DNA from: Pirellula staleyi DSM 6068
GTDB taxonomy: Bacteria; Planctomycetota; Planctomycetia; Pirellulales; Pirellulaceae
Length of the DNA: 32,000 nucleotides
Direction of reading: 5' to 3'
Assembly (NCBI GenBank): GCA_000025185.1
Contig: CP001848.1
Span: 5,580,001 to 5,612,000, forward strand
The notes below the pieces were generated by a model that worked only from the letters and a program-made list of their open reading frames with translations, searched no databases and had not been told where the DNA came from. The translations under genes and the position numbers were made by a program. How positions within the stretch are numbered: position 1 is the first letter of the stretch; every line of letters starts with the position of its first letter. This document shows positions 1-7,100 of the stretch, piece after piece.

Positions 1-773
1 ATCTTCATGGCGGTCATATCGACCGCTGCTGCTTCGTGGATTTCGAGCGTGATCGGACGCTCGGGATAAGCGCGGCGAATGTCGCGCATCGAAACGATCA
101 ACCCGGCGAGATCGCGCAGCTCGGCCACGTGGGTATTGAGGAACAGATGCGTTTCGCAAAACTTCCCTGGGATCAAGGCGAGCGCTTCGACGCGCAGCAT
201 GCGGCTGAGCTCGACCTCTTTGTTGAGGTACGAAGCAGCTTTGAACATCATGCCGGGATGGCTGAGGCCGAACAGGCGACTCCGGCCGAGCGCTTCGGCG
301 GCAAAAATCTGGTGGTTATCGGAACGAACGATCCACTGAAAATGGGGCATTACCGCGCGCTGGTCGATCAGCTTATCGAACTGCGCCAAGGCGAGGGCCA
401 GATCGGCCACTTCATCAGCGGCGGCTGTCGCCATTTGGCGCGACGGATGGATCGTGGTGAGGCGGTAGAGCAGCTCGCCAAACTGGATCAGCAGATCGGG
501 CTCGAGCGGGTACGGCGTGCTGGTCACGCGCTGACCATTCACGAACGTTCCGTTGCGGCTTCCCAAGTCGCGAAGGTGCAACTGATCGCCGACCATGATA
601 AATTCAGCATGGCTGGTGGAGACCGTGGGATGGGCCAGCCGCAACGTGCAATCGCTTCCTCGACCTAAACGACAAGGCAGATCGCGCAGCGGAAGTGGCG
701 ATGCCAATTCGGCATCGACATCCTGCGGCAAGAGTGCCCAAGCACTAGCGGTCAGAGTGGCGGAGTTGATCAC
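1..773 (-). CDS. FHA-domain / EAL-domain protein (putative c-di-GMP phosphodiesterase), N-terminal part; continues past the left edge
   Basis: Absent from the ORF track because no stop lies inside the window. Manual reverse-strand translation from GTG at 773 (in-frame TAG at 789-791 upstream) gives ...PLRDLPCRLGRGSDCTLRLAHPTVSTSHAEFIMVGDQLHLRDLGSRNGTFVNGQRV. This is the FHA pattern (G-R, S..H, D.GS.NGT.VNG). It is followed by PHFQWIV..IFAAEALGRS..LFLNTH..ITLEIHE, which matches EAL-domain N-terminal motifs. The frame stays open to position 1. The + ORF 36..668 is its antisense shadow. Confidence 0.8.
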   Translation of the reverse strand, partial: MINSATLTASAWALLPQDVDAELASPLPLRDLPCRLGRGSDCTLRLAHPTVSTSHAEFIMVGDQLHLRDLGSRNGTFVNGQRVTSTPYPLEPDLLIQFGELLYRLTTIHPSRQMATAAADEVADLALALAQFDKLIDQRAVMPHFQWIVRSDNHQIFAAEALGRSRLFGLSHPGMMFKAASYLNKEVELSRMLRVEALALIPGKFCETHLFLNTHVAELRDLAGLIVSMRDIRRAYPERPITLEIHEAAAVDMTAMK

Positions 774-974
774 AGAGGCAATTAATCCCTACGAGTCTTA
801 CAGTCGCCCCTTCCGAGGCTCTTCGCTGCGGCAATTACCGCTCGATGACTGCGTGGAAAGTATAGGGCAGATACCGAACGGATGACGTCTGATTTAGCCC
901 CCTGCATGCCGATGGGGCCATGAAGAATTGCGCCTTTAAGGATTATCCGCTTCACGCCACGGGACCCGGAACCG

Positions 975-1493
975 ATGCGACCCAGTCCGACCGAAACCAC
1001 TCCCCCAGCAACCCGCACGAGGAATGGCGACAGTGGTTCTCCCCTGCTCGCGGCCGGTGCGGTGGCCAGCCCAACGAATGTGGCAGCCGAGCCCCAGCGG
1101 TGGTGGAGTTTGTCGCGTCGCGATCAGTGTTTGGTGTTCGCTGGGCTCGCAGCTGGAGCGCTGCTGCTCGCCTATCAATGGACACATGCTGGCGATCGTA
1201 TCGATTTTGAGACCCAGCCCCTGGTGGTTCTCGATTTCAAACTCGATATCAACGGGGCCGATTGGCCCGAGCTATGCCTCCTGCCCGGAGTGGGGGAATC
1301 GCTGGCGCAGAGCATTGTGGAAGACCGCCAGCGTCGCGGCCCGTTTGCCTCGCATGAAGATCTGCTGCGTGTCCGTAAGCTCGGTCCGAAAACGCTCGCA
1401 GCGATTCGTCCGTATCTACTGCCGCTCGAGGAGAGCCAGGGGCCGAATGCGGCTGAAGTTGGTGGAGCCTCGCCCCCCAACCTTGTAGACTAG
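975..1493 (+). CDS. comEA: ComEA-like helix-hairpin-helix DNA-binding protein with an N-terminal TM segment
   Basis: ATG at 975. Hydrophobic segment CLVFAGLAAGALLLAY, then DINGADWPELCLLPGVGESLAQSIVEDRQRRGPFASHEDLLRVRKLGPKTLAAIRPYL, which fits the ComEA C-terminal HhH pattern (DIN.A...L..LPG(I/V)G...A..I...R...G.F.S.EDL..V.G.G.KT...I..Y). Start codon not certain. Confidence 0.7.
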   Translation: MRPSPTETTPPATRTRNGDSGSPLLAAGAVASPTNVAAEPQRWWSLSRRDQCLVFAGLAAGALLLAYQWTHAGDRIDFETQPLVVLDFKLDINGADWPELCLLPGVGESLAQSIVEDRQRRGPFASHEDLLRVRKLGPKTLAAIRPYLLPLEESQGPNAAEVGGASPPNLVD

Positions 1494-1638
1494 AGAGTCT
1501 AGTCGAGCCGAAAAAAGTGCGTCGCTCGAGCAGCATGGCCGGGATCGCAATAAGTCGACCCCCGCGCTGCGAAGTAAGCATGACGAGCATGCTCGGGCGA
1601 CGCCGAGGCGGTTTTCCATTCGTGGACAGGGGCGAGCA

Positions 1639-3453
1639 GTGAACGGAACGTGGTTTTTTCATCATGGCGGGCAGGACTATGGACCCGTTTCGACCGAGCA
1701 GCTGTCGCAGTTGCTCGCCGCAGGTCAGCTGACCCCCGAGCATCCGGTGCGCCGCGCCAGCGATGCGCAGTGGATGCCCGCCGCAAGTTTTGCCGAGCTC
1801 CGCTCGAGCGCTGCACCGGCGGCAGCAGCCGCTTCTGAAACCAAAGCCAAACCGCCGGTCAAAAAACCGCCGCAGCGTGTGGCTCCTGCTCCGCCACCAC
1901 CTCCACCGCCGGCAGCAGCACCTCCCGCAGCGATGGCGCCGCGCCCGGTTGCTCCAATGGCGATGCCCCTGCCGCCCGGAGCTATTCCGGCCGGTGGCGC
2001 AGTTCCAGTCGGTGGCCCCGTGCCGGTGCGGGCTGCTGTGCCGATGGCGATGCCACTCGCGCACGGAGCACCAGTCGCAATCGCTCGGCCGGTCGCCGTG
2101 GTACCAAGCTCCGCTGTTCCCCTGACAGCAGCGCCACTCGCAGCCGTGCGTGTAGCTGCGGTTCAAGCGGTGGGAGCACAGCCGACATACGCACAGCCTG
2201 GCTATGCTCAGCCTGGTTACGCCGCGCCGCAACCGGCAGCGACTTCAGCCTCCGCCAGTGGAGCCGCCGAGCGTCCGAAGAAAAAGAACCATCAGCTGAT
2301 CATCCTGACGGTGCTGGCTGCGGCGATGCTGGGCGTTGCTGTCGTCGGAGGTGTGCTGATCGCCACCAGCGGCGGCAAAGAGGAGCAGCTGAGCGACGCT
2401 GACAGCGACACTAGCTCAACCATCGACGCTGATGAGCCTAGCAGCGGCAACGTCGCGTCGAGCGATCCCTCGTCGACACCCACCGCCGAGACGAGTGCTA
2501 CTACACCTCCTGCGACACCCGCAGCCGAGCCTGGCGCGATAGCGTCGAGCGAACCAGCAGCTCCCGGCGCAAGCGAAACGCCTGCAGCGGCTCCGGCTGG
2601 GAATCAAGAGATTGCAGCCCTGCTGGCGCAGATCAAATCGTTTGGCACACCCAAAAGCACTCTCGGCATCAGTGGCAAATCGGGTCGACTCTGCAAGCTC
2701 AGCTTTCATCAAGCATTCATCAGCAGTAGCGCCACGCCAGTCCGGATGACCTCGTCGGCGGCGAGTGTTCCCTCGGCTGTCGGTGGCCGGATGTTGTTCA
2801 TCGAACTTCGCATCCAAAACACCTCGCCTGAAACGATCACTTACGAAGGTTGGAACGAGACCGCCGTCGCGATCCACTCCGACGGCACGAAGCTCGAGCT
2901 GGTGCCGCGCGACAAAACGCCAACCGTCACACGGGCAACCAAGATGGAGCTCGATCCGGGCCGCGAAATCACCGACACGCTGGTGTATGTCGCTCCGGCG
3001 ACGCTCCCGACGTCGATCAAGCTGATCCTGCCACAGTCGACACTCATCGCGAAAGCGACGCGTTATTTCGCCTTCGAAATTCCGCAGCAAACGCTCTTCG
3101 AAGAGCCGGTCCCCGACATCCTGCGGACCAACGACATTGGTGACGGCTCGATGCGGCCGAGCGGTCCTCCGATCCTCTCGCAAGAGGCTATCGACAAGCA
3201 GATCGCCGAAGCGATGAAGAACAATCCCGAGCTTCAGTCGACGATCAAAAACGACCAAGGCAAAGAGCCGGTGAAACCAGGCACCCCCGCCGCTCCTGGC
3301 ATGGTCCCTCCCGCAGGTGAAATCAAGCCGGGCGAAATGAAGCCGGGCGCTGGCCAGCCCGACACGACGAAACCTGATGCTGCTGCTCAGCCCGACACAG
3401 CACCTTCTTTGATGGAGAAGCCCAAACTCCAAGTCGTCCCCGCCACTCCGTAG
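1639..3453 (+). CDS. GYF_2 (DUF4339)-type N-terminal domain, Pro/Ala-rich linker, one TM, C-terminal Ig-like (DUF4352-like) domain
   Basis: GTG start. N-terminus WFFHHGGQDYGPVSTEQLSQLLAAGQLTPEHPVRRASDAQWMPAASFAEL fits the GYF_2 pattern. Long P/A-rich low-complexity region with internal repeats (VAPMAMPL / AVPMAMPL; YAQPGYAQPGY). TM helix LIILTVLAAAMLGVAVVGGVLIA. C-terminal beta-rich module MLFIELRIQNTSPETITYEGW...IKLILPQS...FEIPQQTL. Confidence 0.75.
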   Translation: MNGTWFFHHGGQDYGPVSTEQLSQLLAAGQLTPEHPVRRASDAQWMPAASFAELRSSAAPAAAAASETKAKPPVKKPPQRVAPAPPPPPPPAAAPPAAMAPRPVAPMAMPLPPGAIPAGGAVPVGGPVPVRAAVPMAMPLAHGAPVAIARPVAVVPSSAVPLTAAPLAAVRVAAVQAVGAQPTYAQPGYAQPGYAAPQPAATSASASGAAERPKKKNHQLIILTVLAAAMLGVAVVGGVLIATSGGKEEQLSDADSDTSSTIDADEPSSGNVASSDPSSTPTAETSATTPPATPAAEPGAIASSEPAAPGASETPAAAPAGNQEIAALLAQIKSFGTPKSTLGISGKSGRLCKLSFHQAFISSSATPVRMTSSAASVPSAVGGRMLFIELRIQNTSPETITYEGWNETAVAIHSDGTKLELVPRDKTPTVTRATKMELDPGREITDTLVYVAPATLPTSIKLILPQSTLIAKATRYFAFEIPQQTLFEEPVPDILRTNDIGDGSMRPSGPPILSQEAIDKQIAEAMKNNPELQSTIKNDQGKEPVKPGTPAAPGMVPPAGEIKPGEMKPGAGQPDTTKPDAAAQPDTAPSLMEKPKLQVVPATP

Positions 3454-3465
3454 TTGTGTAATTGT

Positions 3466-3491
3466 GTAGGTCAGGTACGTGCGTACCTGAC
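3466..3491 (+). repeat. REP-like element, family A copy 1 (GTAG head plus palindrome)
   Basis: GTAG (3466-3469), then GTCAGGTAC (3470-3478), gtgc loop, GTACCTGAC (3483-3491). Lies 13 nt after the stop of the upstream CDS. Confidence 0.8.
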
Positions 3492-3555
3492 AAAAAACTC
3501 GCCCGGGTGCCAGTTGTGTAGTACTTCGTCTATCGATCAATGTCAGGTTGATTGG

Positions 3556-3578
3556 GTGCCACTGGCATTTTGCCAGTG
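3556..3578 (+). repeat. Palindromic element, family B copy 1 (GTGC + CACTGGC..GCCAGTG)
   Basis: GTGC, then CACTGGC (3560-3566), atttt loop, GCCAGTG (3572-3578). Confidence 0.65.
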
Positions 3579-3642
3579 CAGAGGCTGGAACCGATGCTTT
3601 GGGCGAAATCTGCCTAAAATCGTAGCGTCCATCTATACTTCT

Positions 3643-3665
3643 CACTGGGCAGAGCCCAGTGGCAC
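3643..3665 (-). repeat. Palindromic element, family B copy 2, inverted orientation
   Basis: On the + strand: CACTGGGC (3643-3650), aga loop, GCCCAGTG (3654-3661), then GCAC. The reverse complement reads GTGC-CACTGGGC-tct-GCCCAGTG, the same head and stem as copy 1. The two copies form an inverted pair 64 nt apart. Confidence 0.65.
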
Positions 3666-3703
3666 ACAGGGTTGCCGCATGACATTGATTGATAGATGGA
3701 CGA

Positions 3704-3740
3704 GTAGGTCAGGTGCCCGGAGGGAACCTGACGGGAGAGG
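3704..3740 (+). repeat. REP-like element, family A copy 2 (long-loop variant)
   Basis: GTAG-GTCAGGT-GCCCGGAGGGA-ACCTGAC-GGGAGAGG. The inner CCC/GGG can extend the stem. Confidence 0.8.
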
Positions 3741-3915
3741 ACTTCGGCAGCAGAGAGCACGTTGTGGTTTCGAGGCCCCGCGATCTGGGCCAGCGGATGC
3801 AACCACGCGGAGGAAAAAATTAGCACGGAGTCACGCTATAATTGCAAAGCGGATTACCCTGCAGCATGCTCTTCCTGCTTCGCGATCAGAGCATGGCACC
3901 CAGTAGTGCCAAGAA

Positions 3916-3936
3916 GTAGGTCCGGTTCTACCGGAC
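3916..3936 (+). repeat. REP-like element, family A copy 3 (variant stem)
   Basis: GTAG-GTCCGGT-tct-ACCGGAC. Compared with copies 1 and 2, A>C in the left arm is matched by T>G in the right arm, a compensatory change. Confidence 0.7.
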
Positions 3937-4030
3937 AAGGAGTGCAAGGCAGGGCCAAAACTGTGTGGAGCTGCGCTGATTAGAGGCCCCCTGGCGACCT
4001 CGCAGCCACAGCGCATTCTCGGTTAGCGGC

Positions 4031-4069
4031 CTCCCCTCCCGTCAGATTCCCTTCGGGCATCTGACCTAC
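4031..4069 (-). repeat. REP-like element, family A copy 4, inverted orientation
   Basis: The reverse complement of 4031-4069 is GTAG-GTCAGAT-GCCCGAAGGGA-ATCTGAC-GGGAGGGGAG. It aligns over 39 nt with copy 2 with 5 differences. Two of these are a compensatory stem pair (G>A with C>T). A lone GTAGGTCC head remnant follows at 4075-4082 (minus strand). Confidence 0.8.
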
Positions 4070-4195
4070 GTGTTGGACCTACAAAGCGTTGTGGTGAGCG
4101 TGTGGTGCTGGCTTCATTGTGGGGCGTGGGTGGAGTAGACTACGCAGGTCGCGAATCATCGAAAACAGTGGTTTTCTTCGAGAAAAACCCAACTT

Positions 4196-5209
4196 ATGTC
4201 GCAAGTGCCAGGGGTTGTGCAGCTGCACTGTCCGATCTGCCGCGCGAAACTGAGCGTGCCGGTGGCAGCGACTGCGCATCCGATTCAGTGTGGTGTTTGT
4301 CGGCAGATGTTTCGCGCTCCACCGCTCCCGGCGCAGCCTCCACAGCCGGCGATCATGCCGCCCCACTTGGCAGCGACCGGCGCCGCGTCAGCGAACCCCA
4401 ACCAACCAGGCCAGCGCGCGAGTCCGCAGACAGCAGCCGCCACTTCGCAGCGCAGCAGCCCGCCACTTGTCGCCGATCCTGAAGCAGCCAAGAGCGACGA
4501 GGATCGCGATGCCGAAGATGCCGCCGCACGTAGTCGCTGGCTCGGGACCGTAGCGCTGCTGGGACTTTCGCTCGTTGTTCTGACGCTGGTGTGTGGCGTG
4601 GTGGTCGCCGTGAAAGGGCTTCCTTCGTTCTTAATGCCGCAGGCCAAGGTCGACGAGGATCTGCTGATCGATCCCGAAAGCGTAGCGGAGAGCGCGCCGA
4701 GTGAGTATCTCCCGGCGCTCTGGGCCATGGCGCCGCGCGTGGCGATCATTCACAGCGATGTGCTCGTGCGTGTGAAGCGCGTTGAGTATGGCGAGGTGCT
4801 GGGCCGAACCGAGCGCAACGAAGGGGTGAGCGCCAGTGGCGGCGATTATTTGATCGTCTACTTTCAGGTCGAGAACCGGCGCGATGCCGACCTGGATTAC
4901 ATCAGTTGGTATGGCAACACCTTTCGCGATGGCGAGACCACCACCGCCGCGCGTCTGTCGGATGCTGCAGGCAAACGCTATTCGCAAGTGACGTTTGACT
5001 CGGTGCGAACCGTGAAGGGGCACATGGCCCGGACGATCATCGCGCCGCGCGACCGGATTGATGATGTGCTGGTGTTTGGGGTCCCTCGCGAAGTGATCGA
5101 GAAGCTCGATCAGCCGCTGAAGCTCGAGCTGCCTCGCTCGGCAATCGACTCGAGCCTGAAGGGCTCCTACCGATTTCAAATTCCCCGGCGTATGCTCAGC
5201 GAGTCATAA
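4196..5209 (+). CDS. Zinc-ribbon N-terminal domain, Pro-rich linker, one TM, C-terminal Ig-like (DUF4352-like) domain; paralogous architecture to 1639..3453
   Basis: ATG start. VQLHCPICRAKLSVPVAATAHPIQCGVCRQMF (CPxC..CxxC zinc ribbon). TM helix WLGTVALLGLSLVVLTLVCGVVVAV. C-terminal module YLIVYFQVENRRDADLDYISW...LKLELPRS...YRFQIPRRML is collinear with the C-terminus of 1639..3453. Confidence 0.75.
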   Translation: MSQVPGVVQLHCPICRAKLSVPVAATAHPIQCGVCRQMFRAPPLPAQPPQPAIMPPHLAATGAASANPNQPGQRASPQTAAATSQRSSPPLVADPEAAKSDEDRDAEDAAARSRWLGTVALLGLSLVVLTLVCGVVVAVKGLPSFLMPQAKVDEDLLIDPESVAESAPSEYLPALWAMAPRVAIIHSDVLVRVKRVEYGEVLGRTERNEGVSASGGDYLIVYFQVENRRDADLDYISWYGNTFRDGETTTAARLSDAAGKRYSQVTFDSVRTVKGHMARTIIAPRDRIDDVLVFGVPREVIEKLDQPLKLELPRSAIDSSLKGSYRFQIPRRMLSES

Positions 5210-5259
5210 GGCTGGAACTGAAACTGTAAGCAAGAGCATCTGACTCACGTGGTGGGAGG

Positions 5260-6288
5260 TTGGCGTTGCGCATTTTGGTGACCGGTGCCGCCGGGTTCTT
5301 GGGTCGGTATATCGTCGAACAGGGGCGCGCGCGAGGTTGCGCTTTACGCGCTTTTGCGCGCCGCGAACACCCCTGGATGAGGGATCTGGGAGTCGAGGTG
5401 GTGCTCGGCGACGTGCGCGATCGCCAGCAGGTTATGCGGGCCTGCGCCGGGTGCGATGCCGTGATTCACACCGCTGCCATTGCCAGCATCGGGGGGAGGT
5501 GGGAGACGTTTTACGACGTGAACGTTCGAGGGACCGAGCATGTGATCGACGGCTGTCGCCAGCATGGAGTGCCGAAGCTGGTCTTCACCAGCAGCCCCAG
5601 CGTGACGTTTGCTGGGGTCGATCAGAACGGCATCGACGAGTCGGCCCCTTATCCAACCAAGTGGCTGGCTCATTACCCGCGCAGCAAAGCAATGGCGGAG
5701 GAGCTGGCCTTAAAGGCGAATAGCAGCCAACTGGCGACCTGTGCGCTGCGCCCCCATTTGATTTGGGGCCCTCGCGACGGGCACTTGATCCCCCGTCTGA
5801 TCGACCGCGCTCGGCGCGGCATGCTGCGGCAGGTAGGGGACGGAAAGAACCTCGTCGATTCGATCTATGTCGAGAACGCTGCCGAGGCGCATCTGCTGGC
5901 TATGGATCGACTTACCTACGACTCACCGGTTGCTGGCAAGGCCTACTTCTTGTCGCAAGGCGAGCCAGTGAACTGCTGGGCTTGGATCAACGAGATCCTG
6001 GCCCTCGCCGAATTGCCACCGGTGAAGAAGCGTATCTCGCTCCGAGCCGCCTACACCGCCGGCGCAGTGCTCGAAACCGCCTACTGGCTGCTGGGCCGCA
6101 CCGACGAGCCCCGCATGACCCGTTTCCTCGCCGCCCAACTCGCCACCTCGCACTATTTTGATCTATCCCGAGCCCGCTCCGACCTGGGCTATGCACCTAA
6201 AGTCAGCATGGCCCAAGGAATGCGCCGCCTGGGCGAGTGGATCAAGTCCGGAACCGCAACCCAAGTAGGTCAGGTACCCCGTACCTGA
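5260..6288 (+). CDS. NAD(P)-dependent epimerase/dehydratase, 3beta-hydroxysteroid dehydrogenase/isomerase-family SDR
   Basis: ILVTGAAGFLGRYIV Rossmann motif and YPRSKAMAEE (YxxxK catalytic motif), with extended-SDR length. The start is TTG at 5260, or TTG at 5266, just after GGTGGGAGG. The last 8 codons and the TGA stop lie inside a REP-like element. Confidence 0.8.
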   Translation: MALRILVTGAAGFLGRYIVEQGRARGCALRAFARREHPWMRDLGVEVVLGDVRDRQQVMRACAGCDAVIHTAAIASIGGRWETFYDVNVRGTEHVIDGCRQHGVPKLVFTSSPSVTFAGVDQNGIDESAPYPTKWLAHYPRSKAMAEELALKANSSQLATCALRPHLIWGPRDGHLIPRLIDRARRGMLRQVGDGKNLVDSIYVENAAEAHLLAMDRLTYDSPVAGKAYFLSQGEPVNCWAWINEILALAELPPVKKRISLRAAYTAGAVLETAYWLLGRTDEPRMTRFLAAQLATSHYFDLSRARSDLGYAPKVSMAQGMRRLGEWIKSGTATQVGQVPRT

Positions 6289-6289
6289 C
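6265..6289 (+). repeat. REP-like element, family A copy 5, overlapping the 3' end of the SDR CDS
   Basis: GTAG (6265-6268), GTCAGGTAC (6269-6277), ccc loop, GTACCTGAC (6281-6289). The CDS stop TGA (6286-6288) sits in the right arm. Confidence 0.8.
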
Positions 6290-6399
6290 AACGTATCAGT
6301 CAATCAATTTTCGGCGATAGAACAACTTCACAATCCGCCAGCGCCGACCATCAAACCGCTCTGCAGGCTGTGACAGTTAGTGTGTGACAAACCTTGGAT

Positions 6400-6428
6400 T
6401 TGGTTCGCCTTGCAGCTTGTGTTATGTT
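6400..6428 (+). promoter_or_regulatory. Possible sigma70-type promoter for vapBC (TTGGTT-N17-TATGTT)
   Basis: TTGGTT at 6400-6405, a 17-nt spacer, TATGTT at 6423-6428, about 55 nt upstream of the vapB-like ATG. A direct repeat TGTGACA-N7-TGTGACA (6369-6389) lies just upstream. Pattern match only, and planctomycete promoter consensus is poorly defined. Confidence 0.25.
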
Positions 6429-6483
6429 CAAATCTAGATGGAGTTTGCGGTCGAAAAGACCATCGTTCTAAGGGGCTTTCTGA

Positions 6484-6702
6484 ATGAATAAAACAATTCA
6501 TGCGGTATTCCAAAACGGAGTTTTTCGTCCCCTTGAGTCGGTCGACTTGCCTGACAACTCCGCTGTTGAGTTTGAGCCCAGACTGGTTTCAAAGACCGAC
6601 GTTTGGCCAGCTGACTATTTTCAACAGACCGCTGGTGCATTTGCTGGGGAAACATTTGAGCGTCCCTCGCAAGGAACATTACCAACTCGAGGCGAGTGGT
6701 GA
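6484..6702 (+). CDS. Antitoxin, DUF104 (AF2212-like) family, VapB-type partner of the PIN toxin
   Basis: MNKTIHAVFQNGVFRPLESVDLPDNSAVEFEP matches the DUF104 N-terminal pattern (A.(Y/F).NGV(L/F).PLE..DLP(E/D)). AAGGGG RBS upstream. The stop TGA overlaps the toxin ATG by 1 nt (TGATG). Confidence 0.8.
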   Translation: MNKTIHAVFQNGVFRPLESVDLPDNSAVEFEPRLVSKTDVWPADYFQQTAGAFAGETFERPSQGTLPTRGEW

Positions 6703-7100
6703 TGCGTTATCTCCTCGACACTAACGCTTGGATAACCTACCTCAAGGCCCCAAACAGCGGCGTGCAAAGAAGGCTTTCGGCAGAACTGCCCCAAAACATT
6801 GTCACTTGCTCGATTGTCCTCTCCGAACTTCTCCATGGCGCTGAAAAGTATGGCAACCGAGAGAAGCGCGTCTCGACGGTTCGCACCTTGCTTGCTCCGT
6901 TTCAATGCCTTCCGTTTGATGAGATCGATGCCATCCACTATGCCAGCCTCAGGCACGAACTGGAACTTCGCGGGGAAGTCATAGGCCCATACGACCTACA
7001 AATCGCCGCTATCTGCCTACGCAACCAACTTACCTTAGTCACGAGCAACCTATCTGAATTTGCTCGGGTTCGCGGATTGCAAGTCCAAGATTGGTCTTAG
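6702..7100 (+). CDS. vapC: PIN-domain ribonuclease toxin VapC
   Basis: MRYLLDTNAWITYLK start (acidic D of the PIN domain), then ..LSELLHGAEK.. and ..GPYDLQIAAICL.. motifs. About 132 aa. Translationally coupled to the upstream antitoxin. The ORF track begins at GTG 6696; ATG 6702 is preferred. Confidence 0.85.
   Translation: MRYLLDTNAWITYLKAPNSGVQRRLSAELPQNIVTCSIVLSELLHGAEKYGNREKRVSTVRTLLAPFQCLPFDEIDAIHYASLRHELELRGEVIGPYDLQIAAICLRNQLTLVTSNLSEFARVRGLQVQDWS

Noticed and set aside
36-668. 210-aa plus-strand ORF (and nested 79..339)
   Set aside because: It is the antisense shadow of the minus-strand FHA-EAL gene. It has no recognisable motifs, while the opposite frame gives clear FHA and EAL signatures.
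1249-3645. Long minus-strand ORFs 1249..2232 (327 aa) and 2416..3645 (409 aa)
   Set aside because: They are antisense to the GYF_2 membrane-protein gene. They have an Arg/Cys/Gly-rich composition typical of shadow ORFs in high-GC DNA. The second also runs through REP hairpins.
3454-3906. 150-aa plus-strand ORF in the REP-rich intergenic region (plus 3614..3826, 3762..3983, 3831..4016, 4079..4366)
   Set aside because: The sequence is built from palindromic repeats (for example VGQVRAYLT is a translated REP). There is no RBS and the composition is not coding-like.
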